A DNA stretch of 31,033 nucleotides from a virus. Its lineage: Duplodnaviria; Caudoviricetes. The notes beneath the pieces are model-generated. The model searched no databases and had not been told where the DNA came from. It worked only from the letters and a program-made list of their open reading frames with translations. The translations under genes and the position numbers were made by a program. Location of the stretch: positions 1 to 31,033 of the IMG/VR virus record IMGVR_UViG_3300022923_001696; one strand, given 5' to 3'. Below, in pieces: positions 1 to 9,780 of this stretch. Numbering within the stretch: the stretch's first letter is position 1; each line of letters begins with the position of its first letter.

Positions 1-441
1 TGCATTTGATACACCATCTGAATCGTAATCTGCACTTCCTACCAATACATTGATTCCTTGTTGGAACTCATTCATATCAGCAAGTAATTTTTGAAACTGT
101 TCTGATGTTGCCAATCCTTCTGCTGAAATAATCATTCCATCTACGATTTCAGTCATACCTTGAACTTGAAGTGCCATTGCATCAAATTTAGCTTGTAATT
201 CAGCTATTCTAGCAATGTGTTCTTCTACCGATACCACATAATCATTGATATCAGATTCAGCAGCTGCTAAATCTTGAGCAATTGATGACATTTGTTCGTT
301 TAATCCATTGATATCTAAATCATCAATTGCAGATGCCAATTCAGCAACTTCTTGGTTGAGTGATTCAAATCCTCTTTCCATAGATGGGTTAGCACATGCA
401 CCTAAAAACAATAATGTTAAACCTAATACTACTTTTTTCAT
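1..441 (-). CDS. Partial (runs off window) lipoprotein with coiled-coil region and start of a thrombospondin type-3-like Ca-binding repeat
   Basis: Not in the ORF track. Manual translation from ATG at 441: MKKVVLGLTLLFLGAC (lipobox), heptad-rich helix (LNQEVAELASAIDDL...IAELQAKFDAM), ending DYDSDGVSNA at the window edge. Frame is open to position 1. Confidence 0.75.
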   Translation of the reverse strand, partial: MKKVVLGLTLLFLGACANPSMERGFESLNQEVAELASAIDDLDINGLNEQMSSIAQDLAAAESDINDYVVSVEEHIARIAELQAKFDAMALQVQGMTEIVDGMIISAEGLATSEQFQKLLADMNEFQQGINVLVGSADYDSDGVSNA

Positions 442-461
442 AATCTTTATTTTCCTTTTTT

Positions 462-839
462 TTAATTAATCATAACAAAAACTGAAGAACCTAATAAAAG
501 GTTATCTTCTGTTTGTAATTCTATTGTGTAAGAACTTTTCTCCAAAGAGTTAGTGTATATTGAAAGAATATTATCTCCTTCTTTAGCTGAAAGTTTTTCT
601 TGTGATACCAATTTACCAGAGATATCTTTTATTTTTAATCTGTAAGTTCCATCTGATGGTAATTTTACATTTACCGAAACTTTATCAGTTACAAATGTAT
701 TTTCTAATTTTACACCAATTGGTTCTATCATTTGTAAAGATTCAGGTACAAATGAAATTGGTTCATTCATCATATACTCATCTTGAGTACATGCAACCAA
801 CATACCTAAAAACATTAATCCTATTATTACTTTTTTCAT
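462..839 (-). CDS. Small lipoprotein consisting of a T9SS C-terminal sorting domain (CTD)-like fold
   Basis: MKKVIIGLMFLGMLVAC lipobox, then TQDE. The segment YRLKIKDISGKLV...GDNILSI...SLEKSSYTIEL resembles a type A Por-secretion CTD but lacks YPNP. AAGGAG upstream. Confidence 0.6.
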   Translation of the reverse strand: MKKVIIGLMFLGMLVACTQDEYMMNEPISFVPESLQMIEPIGVKLENTFVTDKVSVNVKLPSDGTYRLKIKDISGKLVSQEKLSAKEGDNILSIYTNSLEKSSYTIELQTEDNLLLGSSVFVMIN

Positions 840-851
840 TATATTTTCTCC

Positions 852-2558
852 TTATTGAATATTAAATTTAACTTTTGTTCCATCGGTTTTAACACCTTCA
901 GTAACACCGAAACTAACTAAACCTGCAGTATTAGTAAGAGTTTCTTTTGGGGTAAAAATAACCTTATAAGGAGTACCAATTTTAACGGTATTCTCACCTT
1001 TTAAATCAAGAGAACCTACGAAGATTTTTCCATCTTGTTCGTTTGCGAAGTTTGTCATTGTGTTTCCTGTATCGAATATAACTTCACTAAATTCTAATCT
1101 ACTTGTATCATACTTTAAGTTAACTTGTGCGCCAGCCATACCAGTCTTAGTAGTGTTGATAGTTAAAACTACTTTACCATCTACCAATTCAGTATTGATA
1201 TCTAAGTTAGAATTTTCAGGTACTTTAGAGAATGCTGTGTTTCTAACTTTACTAAGATTTGTTGAGTTTGAATTTTTAGCAAAAGTTTCACCAAATCCAC
1301 TTGTTGCTGGAGTATGTGAGTGAGATAAATCAACATCACCATTTAATCCATGAGCAATAGTTAATACAGTTACATCAGGTGATGCAGTAAATAGACCAGG
1401 GTCTTTAGTAATATTTTCCTTACCATATGCATCTTCAAACATAGAATAGTTCATTGAACCATATTTAGTAGAAGATATTGGATAAAATCCATCACCAGTT
1501 TGATTATTGTATTCCGGTAGAGTTCCTGCTAAGTAAGATAAGAATACATAAGAATCATTATCATTTACATTTGTAACCCATGGTTCACCATCTGCAGGCA
1601 TTTCATCTTGAGGTATTGTAATATCTGCAAATTGTTTTTGAATATGATAATCAAAGGTACCAGTTCCGTTACCATCGATATCAGTTGATGACATGTAGTT
1701 GAATACCAAATATACATCAGATATTGTTACTACATCATCCAACCACTCTGGGTGAGTTTGTGTTTGAGTTTGAGAATCATATGTAGATTCAACGTGAGCG
1801 TAGATTGAATATTCTTCTCCATCAATTAAACCAGTAATGATAGCTTCACCAGCTGCATCAAAGTTACCATAGATATCAGTTTGATTTTCCATACCATCAT
1901 TTTGGTAGATACTATATGCGAATTGAGATTTATCAGTAACTGGTGTAAGTAATTTTAAGGTAATTCCACCTAATACACCACCACCAACTTCTCCTAAATC
2001 TACTGAGTAAGTTAAAGATGAAACATCGTAAGTAGTAGATGTTGAGTTATCTCTAATATATGTCCAGTTCAATTTAGTTACTTCTGAATAATCAGAGTAA
2101 GAAGTGTTTAACTTATCTTTAATTCTAAATCTAACTTCAATTATTGTATTTGCATGTACAATTGGAGTTGCATCTTGTACTGTGATTCTTTCTACTGACC
2201 AATCTGCGTTAGTACCATATGAACCTTGTTGGTATTGACCTGATAAGTTTGTACTTGCTACATTACTACTTGGAGTCCAAAGATACCCATCCCAATGATT
2301 CAATGAGGTCATTGCACTTGGGTTACTTGGTAATTTAAAAGTATGGTCAATCTTTTCTAATAATTTGTTGTTGTATTGGTAATCGAATTGAACCAAAGTA
2401 GGTACTGATGAATTAACATCAAGTGTATTAAACTTGATAGTAATTGTATCACCTACCGAAAATGGTGCAGAATCAATATAAGAGTGGTCAAGTTTTAAAT
2501 CTTGGCCAAAAGAGATTGATGTTACCACTATTAGTAACATAGTTAATAAGTTTTTCAT
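852..2558 (-). CDS. Secreted protein with cohesin-like N- and C-terminal domains and a central dockerin/EF-hand-like region
   Basis: Signal peptide SISFG|Q. Cohesin-like patterns SVGDTITIKF...QFDYQYNNKLLE and GMAGAQVNLKYDTSRLEF. Duplicated dockerin-like VTISDVYLVF / VNDNDSYVFLSYL, plus DIDGNG. Confidence 0.6.
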   Translation of the reverse strand: MKNLLTMLLIVVTSISFGQDLKLDHSYIDSAPFSVGDTITIKFNTLDVNSSVPTLVQFDYQYNNKLLEKIDHTFKLPSNPSAMTSLNHWDGYLWTPSSNVASTNLSGQYQQGSYGTNADWSVERITVQDATPIVHANTIIEVRFRIKDKLNTSYSDYSEVTKLNWTYIRDNSTSTTYDVSSLTYSVDLGEVGGGVLGGITLKLLTPVTDKSQFAYSIYQNDGMENQTDIYGNFDAAGEAIITGLIDGEEYSIYAHVESTYDSQTQTQTHPEWLDDVVTISDVYLVFNYMSSTDIDGNGTGTFDYHIQKQFADITIPQDEMPADGEPWVTNVNDNDSYVFLSYLAGTLPEYNNQTGDGFYPISSTKYGSMNYSMFEDAYGKENITKDPGLFTASPDVTVLTIAHGLNGDVDLSHSHTPATSGFGETFAKNSNSTNLSKVRNTAFSKVPENSNLDINTELVDGKVVLTINTTKTGMAGAQVNLKYDTSRLEFSEVIFDTGNTMTNFANEQDGKIFVGSLDLKGENTVKIGTPYKVIFTPKETLTNTAGLVSFGVTEGVKTDGTKVKFNIQ

Positions 2559-3061
2559 TGTAATAGTTCCTCTACTATTTGTACCAACACTTTCTTCAGT
2601 GCGATACTTGCTGTTTGTTGATTAAAAGTTCCATCTGATGCAACCACGAGTGTAGAGGTAGAAATTTCCTTACTTGTCCCCTTTTGGACAGTTTTCTTTT
2701 TTACCTTTTTCCCTTTTTGTAATTCTCCTATTGCTATAATCTGTGTCTGTGAGACATCTTTGTGAAAGACACCAATGTTTGTTCCGATATTCTTGATATC
2801 GAAAAATACTAATCTAACATTGATTTTGGTTTCTGAGTTTTCTACTAAATCGTAGTCTAAATCTAAGAGTAGTTCCTCTAAGATATTTTTTACACCATAT
2901 GCCATGGCGGGGTTACCGGCAAAAGGTCCAACTCTGATATCGTTGGTAACTTCTCCGATTGAAATGAATGTGTCTTGTGTGGGATTGGTTGATGATACCA
3001 TTGAAAATGATACCAATATTAATACGAACACCGACAAAAGTCTTTTTATAAAAGTTTTCAA
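2555..3061 (-). CDS. Secreted or membrane-anchored protein, possibly CsgG/TolB-N/LpoB-like alpha-beta fold
   Basis: TTG start with AAGGAG upstream, hydrophobic N-terminus, strand-helix (GVKNILEELL)-strands-terminal helix pattern. Fold call is tentative. Confidence 0.4.
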   Translation of the reverse strand: MKTFIKRLLSVFVLILVSFSMVSSTNPTQDTFISIGEVTNDIRVGPFAGNPAMAYGVKNILEELLLDLDYDLVENSETKINVRLVFFDIKNIGTNIGVFHKDVSQTQIIAIGELQKGKKVKKKTVQKGTSKEISTSTLVVASDGTFNQQTASIALKKVLVQIVEELLQ

Positions 3062-3154
3062 AGTAATCTCCTTATTAGTGGATTACCGTAACTTATTTAT
3101 AAAACTTATTAAATAAAACTTATATTTGTAACGTGTTGTATAACTTATTCTCTG

Positions 3155-3165
3155 TATAAATATAT
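3155..3165 (-). promoter_or_regulatory. Candidate phage-specific promoter motif ATATATTTATA
   Basis: Same 11-mer also at 14461-14471. Both copies are intergenic and upstream of an operon. This one lies just after a terminator. Confidence 0.35.
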
Positions 3166-3170
3166 TTGTA

Positions 3171-3202
3171 AAACAAAAAACCCCCACATTTCTGTGAGGG
3201 TT
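3171..3202 (-). terminator. Rho-independent terminator ending the glycan operon
   Basis: Minus strand AACCCTCACA-GAAA-TGTGGGGGTT followed by TTTTGTTT, immediately after the stop at 3209. Confidence 0.85.
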
Positions 3203-3208
3203 GGTTAT

Positions 3209-4105
3209 TTATTTTAAATCTTGTAGTTCTTTATTGAAGTTAGCGAGAGATATTTCTTTGAATTCGTCACTCCTATCATAAACCGACATATTGTTTAAAT
3301 AATGGGCAGTATTTCGATATTTGTAATTTTCACACATAACCAAGTTTTTCATTTTAAATTGTTTAACTTCGATATCAGTTGTTTGAGTTAGTTTCTCACT
3401 CCCCCACATTACAAACACATCATCATATCCCAAGTGGCCAAATGATTCAGGTATACCAATCAATTTTAAAAGAGGTTTACTGATACAAGTAAACATACCA
3501 CCTAAGAATTTATACCGAGGTTGTCTTTCTAATGTATTTTTTACTTCTACTATTTCCACCTCACCATAAATACCACTATCTTTAAAGGGGTCATTTAAAC
3601 TTTGGTAGTTTAATTTTTTATTTTTGAATTTTTCATTTACCAAACTATCCCAACTCTCATCCCACATTTGAACCATCTCTGGTGTTACGATATGGTGAGG
3701 AGTAAATTCACTTGCCTGTTTTAGAGATTGTTCTAAGTAAAATAAAGTTTTCTCTGGAAAGACAACGTTGGTGTTTAACCAAACGAAATGAGATGCTGAT
3801 TTATAATGAGTTTCAAAACTTTCTCTGCGGTGAGAAACTTCACCCAAAATATCGGTAGAAGTTCTAATGTACTTTACACACCAATCCGTTTCAGCTGCAA
3901 GTTTTAACAACTTTTCTTCAAAGTAAGATTTTGGTATGGAAGATTTTTTGAAATGAGTAATGTATTCAGATAAACATAAAGTTACATCCAACACAAGTTC
4001 CACATCTTCTGATAAGTGATATGAAGATAGTCTTAGTTGATGAAGTAGTATCTCCAATTCATCTATTTCGTGAGGTAAACAAAAAATTGAAGTTACAATT
4101 CTCAT
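3209..4105 (-). CDS. GT-A fold glycosyltransferase-like protein (paralog of 4107-4997) with DxD replaced by NxN
   Basis: Aligns end to end with its neighbour: HFVWLNTNVVF vs HFIWLDTDIVF; FGHLGYDDVF vs MGAYGPDDTF. Confidence 0.65.
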   Translation of the reverse strand: MRIVTSIFCLPHEIDELEILLHQLRLSSYHLSEDVELVLDVTLCLSEYITHFKKSSIPKSYFEEKLLKLAAETDWCVKYIRTSTDILGEVSHRRESFETHYKSASHFVWLNTNVVFPEKTLFYLEQSLKQASEFTPHHIVTPEMVQMWDESWDSLVNEKFKNKKLNYQSLNDPFKDSGIYGEVEIVEVKNTLERQPRYKFLGGMFTCISKPLLKLIGIPESFGHLGYDDVFVMWGSEKLTQTTDIEVKQFKMKNLVMCENYKYRNTAHYLNNMSVYDRSDEFKEISLANFNKELQDLK

Positions 4106-4106
4106 A

Positions 4107-4997
4107 TTATAATTTATCTATTTCGGAGTTGAATACACTATGTGCAATTTGTAAAAATTCATCTTTACGATTTATTCGTTTAATTAATAAATCATATTCA
4201 CTTTGATTTCTGTAATAGAAGTTTTCACAAACTACATAATTTTTTAATTTAAACTGATAGATATCCTCGCCCCGTCTTTTCAACTTTTCCATTCCCCACA
4301 TTAAGAAGGTATCATCGGGTCCATATGCCCCCATTGATTCTGGTAAAGGAATACTATCTAATAAGTATTTTGAAACTACCACTAACCAACCTGCTCCGAA
4401 CTTAAATTGTGGTTGACCATAAACATTGTTAGATACACTTTCTACTGAAACATCTCCCTTGACACCACTTTCGGTGAATGGATTACATGTTTTACAATAA
4501 TCTAATTCTTTATCTAAGTAATTTTCATTTACTATACAATCCCAAGTAGTATCCCAATACTTAACCACTTCGGGTGTGATGATATACTTTTCGATATTGT
4601 TAGATTCAATTGTATTAATTCCATTTTCCAAATAAGCAAGACCCATTTCATCAAATACAATATCAGTATCTAACCAAATGAAATGAGTTGCATGAGTAAA
4701 TTCTTTATGGGCTATTCTCTTTGCTTGTAAAGCACCCATGATATCTTCTCTAATTTGAAAAGTAGAATTACTTGCCCAATCTGTAAGTTTTTTGAGTTTA
4801 TTAAATTTATGGATAAAGAATTCTTTATCTACCAAAGATTCTTCCCAATTGATGAGATAATCTGAAATAGACATTGAGATAGAAAATTCATAGTTATCAC
4901 CTTTGATGTATTTAGAAGAACGATTTAATTCAATCAGAACTCTTTCTAAATCATCTAATTCGTTAGGTGTTACGAACGTTGTTATAACTATTTTCAT
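4107..4997 (-). CDS. GT-A fold (GT2-like) glycosyltransferase
   Basis: IWLDTDIVF DxD motif; GAYGPDDTF resembles the GT2/GT7 C-terminal catalytic motif. Confidence 0.7.
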   Translation of the reverse strand: MKIVITTFVTPNELDDLERVLIELNRSSKYIKGDNYEFSISMSISDYLINWEESLVDKEFFIHKFNKLKKLTDWASNSTFQIREDIMGALQAKRIAHKEFTHATHFIWLDTDIVFDEMGLAYLENGINTIESNNIEKYIITPEVVKYWDTTWDCIVNENYLDKELDYCKTCNPFTESGVKGDVSVESVSNNVYGQPQFKFGAGWLVVVSKYLLDSIPLPESMGAYGPDDTFLMWGMEKLKRRGEDIYQFKLKNYVVCENFYYRNQSEYDLLIKRINRKDEFLQIAHSVFNSEIDKL

Positions 4998-5770
4998 TAG
5001 TACTGTTCGGTAATTACTTTGTTTAAATCGGGTAACCTATCGTACTGATGAACTAATACATAAGGTAATTCTCCATTCATCACAACTCCATCTTTTATAG
5101 TTACTTCAGTTTTTTCAAATCTTTTTGGGTTTTTTAGAGAATCAACTTGTAGAGCGAAATCTGAATTCAATTTTATTTTATCAGATACTAAACTATTGTT
5201 TAATAATAAATTCAATGCACTTTGGTCTGTGAAGTGAGTAGTATCACCTGCTTGAGATATCAACCAACTTACCATTAGTAAATCTTTCATTGATTGATGT
5301 TTACCAGCCATTACCCCAACATTAGCAACTACATTTGATTTTATAGAATCCCAAAACAAAGGGCCGAATCCTTCGTGAATGTTTTTCTTTGCCCAAGGTT
5401 CATCTTCATTTTTTATATTTTCAGATGCAATTATTATTTCCGATTCTAAGTTTTCTTCTAACCAAGTTGATGGGTTTACTTGCCATACAATATCACGAAC
5501 ATCTGTGGTGATTACATGATTCCATTTACGAGAATCGTTTTCAAGGAAATACCACATATCAATCAATCTTCTCATGTGAGGATGCCCATGTAGTTCCATA
5601 CCATAACATTCCCAACCATTTGATTTTAAATAATCAACTGTTTCTGTTGGTATATTATAACATATCATAACCTTATCACCAACAAAACCAGATTTGTTAA
5701 GTGATTCTACATATATCTTTATTTTCTCAGGTAAGTAATTTGCAATTGCTGATATTACAATATCATTCAT
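4997..5770 (-). CDS. Putative GT-A glycosyltransferase (DxRD...VHQYDR type)
   Basis: VITTDVRDIVWQVNP, NVGVMAG, TDQSALN and LVHQYDR motifs; cluster context. Confidence 0.6.
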   Translation of the reverse strand: MNDIVISAIANYLPEKIKIYVESLNKSGFVGDKVMICYNIPTETVDYLKSNGWECYGMELHGHPHMRRLIDMWYFLENDSRKWNHVITTDVRDIVWQVNPSTWLEENLESEIIIASENIKNEDEPWAKKNIHEGFGPLFWDSIKSNVVANVGVMAGKHQSMKDLLMVSWLISQAGDTTHFTDQSALNLLLNNSLVSDKIKLNSDFALQVDSLKNPKRFEKTEVTIKDGVVMNGELPYVLVHQYDRLPDLNKVITEQY

Positions 5771-6357
5771 TATTTAAAAAATTTAAATTTAAAGTAGTTT
5801 ATTTCTTCTTTGAATAGTTCATCTACTTTTTCTTTCGTTTCAATATCGTAATATTCACGAGCATTGTATGAGAATTGGGTTCTCTTAATTTCTCTTTTTT
5901 TATCCAAATTAAAAGGTCTTGGAATTACCTTCATTAATTTTGGTGGGGAAATTATATCCATTTGATTACATGCTTCTAAATAATCATGTTCAATATTTTC
6001 AAAAAATCCAATAAAATCTATATCAATTTCACCATCTTTATTGGTTATATAATTCATCTGATTCATTGGGTTATTTTCTTGCCACGATGCATGCCAGTCA
6101 TCATCCCAATCTACTTCACATCCATTCATTACCCATTCCTTAAATCCACTCACATCTTGGTCATATTCGTGTCTGTACCATGAAACTAAACGAGTATAGG
6201 TATTTCTTACAAATGCAAATGAATAATCATATTCAATATCGTTTTCTTGAAAATAGGCAAGAGTCTGATGACCCTTAGGCGTATTTAATGCCTTACCAAT
6301 TGATGTACTACCTGTCTTTGGTATTCGTATGAATAAAAATTTTGGTTTACTTTCCAT
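5770..6357 (-). CDS. Sulfotransferase (Sulfotransfer_2-like)
   Basis: 5'-PSB motif FLFIRIPKTGSTS, 3'-PB motif FAFVRNTYTRLVSWY, and DFIGFFENI. Start moved from 6483 to MESKPK (6357) to avoid a long overlap. Confidence 0.8.
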   Translation of the reverse strand: MESKPKFLFIRIPKTGSTSIGKALNTPKGHQTLAYFQENDIEYDYSFAFVRNTYTRLVSWYRHEYDQDVSGFKEWVMNGCEVDWDDDWHASWQENNPMNQMNYITNKDGEIDIDFIGFFENIEHDYLEACNQMDIISPPKLMKVIPRPFNLDKKREIKRTQFSYNAREYYDIETKEKVDELFKEEINYFKFKFFK

Positions 6358-7087
6358 ATTTTTTCCAATCGTTATGTTTAAACAATCCCTCTCCATGTGC
6401 CACTTTGAAATCTTGTTTAACCCACCACTTTCCAATATTACCTTCCAATGCGATACCATCACCTGCAAAGTTCTGAACCACATCTAAGTAAAATTGTTTT
6501 TTATACATAGTAGGATTATTTGTCCAATTAGCCCAACGTGAGGTAGTTGTAAAATATTCTCCTTCTTTTTTAATTTTATCACCAAATTCTACATCAGGTT
6601 CTAACCAATGTAATGAATCTAATAAGTGAGGTGAAGTTGCCCCTATTTCTTTATCAAAATAAGTCAATTCCTCTCCTCTATGTCTGAATGAAAAATGAGG
6701 TACACCTGGATTTCTACGATGTCTGTATCGTACTGCAGATGTTCCATTATTCAATAATTCTATTCCACTTTTCAATCTATCTAACGTAGTTGGTAAATCT
6801 TCTATAAGATTCCAATCATGTTCTAAGATTAAAACATTATCAGTTTTTGCATTCTTAGTTAACTCAATAAATGCTTGACCAATTCCAATGTTGTTCTTAT
6901 AAGGTAAATATGGTATATTAAAGTGTTCAGCTATTTTTAAATCCGTTTCTGAGAATTCTTGGAAAAGAATCGTTACATCATTTACATGGTGTAAGAAACT
7001 TCTATCAAAATAAGTTTGTAAAGTATCAATTAAAACTTGATTACTTTTCCACGATAGAATACCAATACTTAGTGGAAGTTTTTCCAT
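6347..7087 (-). CDS. GT2-like glycosyltransferase
   Basis: LSIGILSW N-terminal strand, NIGIGQA, VLILEHDW acidic motif, WTNNP. Confidence 0.65.
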   Translation of the reverse strand: MEKLPLSIGILSWKSNQVLIDTLQTYFDRSFLHHVNDVTILFQEFSETDLKIAEHFNIPYLPYKNNIGIGQAFIELTKNAKTDNVLILEHDWNLIEDLPTTLDRLKSGIELLNNGTSAVRYRHRRNPGVPHFSFRHRGEELTYFDKEIGATSPHLLDSLHWLEPDVEFGDKIKKEGEYFTTTSRWANWTNNPTMYKKQFYLDVVQNFAGDGIALEGNIGKWWVKQDFKVAHGEGLFKHNDWKKYGK

Positions 7088-7088
7088 T

Positions 7089-8087
7089 TTATTTTGTTTT
7101 CCAAAAAGAATAAATTCCTTTATCTAATTCATATGAAGGCCAGACAAATCTTTCTTTCATTGGTTGTTTCTGTGCCCATTCCCACATTTGTTCCAATCCT
7201 TCTTTAAGGTTAGTTTTATGTTCAAATCCTAATATATCTACTGATTTTTGAAAAGTTGGTATAGAGTGTTTAACCTCATGTCTACCTTCCATGTACTGAA
7301 TCTCACCTCCACCAATTACTTCTTTTAGAATTTCAGATGCATCTTTAATAGAATGTTCTTCAATACCACCTAAGTTAATAATTTCTTTTGAAGCTTCAGG
7401 TCTTATTGCAGCATTCCATAAAGGTTCAAGTGAATCATCAATATAACTGAATGCACGTGTTTGTTCACCATCTCCAAAAATTGTCATTGGTTCTCCATTT
7501 AAATGTTGATACATCCAAATACCTAATACATTTCTGTACTTATCCCAAATGTTTTGTTTAATTCCATAAACATTATGAGGTCTGATAATGCAATAATCCA
7601 ACCCATGTTGTTCATTTGCAATTTGAATATCCATCTCACATCCATATTTTGCAACACCATATGGGTCTATTGGTTTTGGTACTTGGGTTTCATTGAATAC
7701 CCCACCATCACCATGGCCATAAACTGCAAGAGTAGAAGTAAATACTAATCTTTTAACATCATACTTAATACATTGATTTACAATTGCTGCAGTTGCTTGT
7801 AAATTGTTTTCATAATTATATTCTCGTATAAACGGAGATAATCCTTCTGCTGCATATGCAGCAAAATGAAATACGTAATCTGGTTTAAATGTTTCAAACA
7901 CTTCTTCGATTGGATGTTGTGTAAGATTCATTTGATAAAATAAAACTTGAGGATTAACGTTCTCTGCAGAACCACCACTCAAATCATCAATTCCACAAAC
8001 TATTACATCTTCTTTAGTTTCAATTAACCAATCAGCTAATCTACTTCCAAGTAATCCTGCAACTCCTGTTATTAATACTTTTGTCAT
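7089..8087 (-). CDS. NAD-dependent nucleotide-sugar epimerase/dehydratase (extended SDR)
   Basis: TGVAGLLG Rossmann motif, HFAA, catalytic YGVAK (YxxxK), RPHNVYG, GDGEQTRAF. Confidence 0.92.
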   Translation of the reverse strand: MTKVLITGVAGLLGSRLADWLIETKEDVIVCGIDDLSGGSAENVNPQVLFYQMNLTQHPIEEVFETFKPDYVFHFAAYAAEGLSPFIREYNYENNLQATAAIVNQCIKYDVKRLVFTSTLAVYGHGDGGVFNETQVPKPIDPYGVAKYGCEMDIQIANEQHGLDYCIIRPHNVYGIKQNIWDKYRNVLGIWMYQHLNGEPMTIFGDGEQTRAFSYIDDSLEPLWNAAIRPEASKEIINLGGIEEHSIKDASEILKEVIGGGEIQYMEGRHEVKHSIPTFQKSVDILGFEHKTNLKEGLEQMWEWAQKQPMKERFVWPSYELDKGIYSFWKTK

Positions 8088-8965
8088 ATATTATATTCGT
8101 TATATTTTTCTATTATAAATTCTACTCTTTGTTTTTGGGTGTGATTTTCTAAAACTTTATTATAACCATTCTGAGCAATTCGTTCTCGTTCTTCTGAGTT
8201 TTCTTGGTAATAATTTAGTTTGTTTATACAATCCACAATATCATTATAATAGATAATATCATCACCCTCTATAAATAGTTCATGTAATTTTTTTGATTCG
8301 TTTAACCTATCACATAAAACAAGCTTACCACACGCCATACCTTCAAAGATTCTACGAGTGACCTCACCCCATCTTGAATTTTGAATTACCATTAATCCTT
8401 TGTTCAAAAATTCAGTATGTTCTTTGGGTCCGAATCCATTTTGATTCCCAATCGTACCATCACCATGGTCAGTTAATGTATTTAAAAATTGAGAATTACC
8501 ATAACCACGAGTAGTTACTCCTACGAATTCTGGTTTTATATTTAATGGGAACTGAACTTTAGTATCTGCGAAGTGTGTCCACCAATAGGCATCTCTACCA
8601 CGTTTCTTATATTCTTCAGTTGAATCCGAATCAGGTGAAAGTGTGATATGAAATCTTTCTGATTTTGGAAAGTTTCTCTCAAAATTTTGTGGGTCATCTC
8701 CACTTTCTTGTACCCAAAATGCATCTACTAAATTTTTATCTAAAAGAGGTGAATCAAATCTACCCCAATCAAGATATATAACAATATCAGTTTGTGGTTT
8801 GGAGTATATCCATTCTTGTAAATCTCTGCCATGATATTGATTTTTTCTATTAGAACCAATTGAAACGATATCAACTTCCCACCCCAATTCCTTGAACTCA
8901 TTTACGAGAGCAAGTGGAGTAGACCATTCTTCGTTTTCATATGCATAGATAAAAGTTACTTTCAT
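8084..8965 (-). CDS. GT-B glycosyltransferase (CgeB/Glyco_trans_1_2-like)
   Basis: RRIFEGMACGKLVL and ERERIAQNGY...HT...R. Start reassigned to MKVTF (ATGA overlap with the upstream stop). Confidence 0.8.
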   Translation of the reverse strand: MKVTFIYAYENEEWSTPLALVNEFKELGWEVDIVSIGSNRKNQYHGRDLQEWIYSKPQTDIVIYLDWGRFDSPLLDKNLVDAFWVQESGDDPQNFERNFPKSERFHITLSPDSDSTEEYKKRGRDAYWWTHFADTKVQFPLNIKPEFVGVTTRGYGNSQFLNTLTDHGDGTIGNQNGFGPKEHTEFLNKGLMVIQNSRWGEVTRRIFEGMACGKLVLCDRLNESKKLHELFIEGDDIIYYNDIVDCINKLNYYQENSEERERIAQNGYNKVLENHTQKQRVEFIIEKYNEYNI

Positions 8966-9780
8966 GATACTGCTCTCCCTTTCATTCCTTCCCAATCTCT
9001 ATTTTTTCTAACTGAATCATTCGTATCTCGAGTTGCAGTTAATACATTAGAAGTAGTTTCTAAATTATCAGATAGATGAATTAAGGCTGATAAATCTTTA
9101 GGGAAACAATGTCCACCAAATCCAAAATCACCATCATGACCAGGTACATTCCAATGAGAATCACCCAATCGTTCATCGTAAGTTGCATACTCAACTACCT
9201 TATCATAATCAATCTTCAACCCATCACAAATTTGATATATTTCATTTGCAAACGATACTTTAACTGATAAGAAAGTATTAATTAAATACTTAACCATTTC
9301 TGCATGAGTAGAATCTGTTTTAACTATATGTGCATTAGGAAATACTTTTGAGAAGATACCTTTAAGTTTAGTAGTACTTGGTCTTGGTCCTCCTAATATA
9401 ATACGAGATTGATTCTCATAATCTTTAACAGCATTTCTTTCTGTAAGAAATTCTGGGTTAAATACTATATCCATATTAGGGTATAGTGAATTTATTCTTG
9501 CAGTAGTACCAGGTGAAACCGTAGATTTTATTACTACTGTTTTGGTAACTCCAAAGTCCGAACATCTTTTAATTGCTGATTCTACCAAACTAACATTACA
9601 ACTACCATCTGAATTCATTGGTGTTGGTAAACATACAAAAACAATATCATTATCTAATGTTTGTTGTTCACTTGAATTACATTTAGATGAATCTAAATCG
9701 TAAGTGTTAATATTGTAGTAATCTTTGAATTTTTGGTAAATTGCATTACCAACAAAACCTTGTCCTATTATTCCTATCAT
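8962..9780 (-). CDS. UDP-glucose/GDP-mannose dehydrogenase family, short form lacking the C-terminal UDP-binding domain
   Basis: GIIGQGFVG, VCLPTP, IKSTV, FNPEFL, catalytic GFGGHCFPKD. About 272 aa from MIGIIG. Confidence 0.88.
   Translation of the reverse strand: MIGIIGQGFVGNAIYQKFKDYYNINTYDLDSSKCNSSEQQTLDNDIVFVCLPTPMNSDGSCNVSLVESAIKRCSDFGVTKTVVIKSTVSPGTTARINSLYPNMDIVFNPEFLTERNAVKDYENQSRIILGGPRPSTTKLKGIFSKVFPNAHIVKTDSTHAEMVKYLINTFLSVKVSFANEIYQICDGLKIDYDKVVEYATYDERLGDSHWNVPGHDGDFGFGGHCFPKDLSALIHLSDNLETTSNVLTATRDTNDSVRKNRDWEGMKGRAVS

Noticed and set aside
5770-5800. FF-containing ends of other proteins (sulfotransferase KFKFFK; clamp-loader N-terminus MAFFED) as further clamp-binding motifs
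   Set aside because: They lack the T-hydrophobic-xK-FFSF pattern and linker; likely chance in AT-rich coding.
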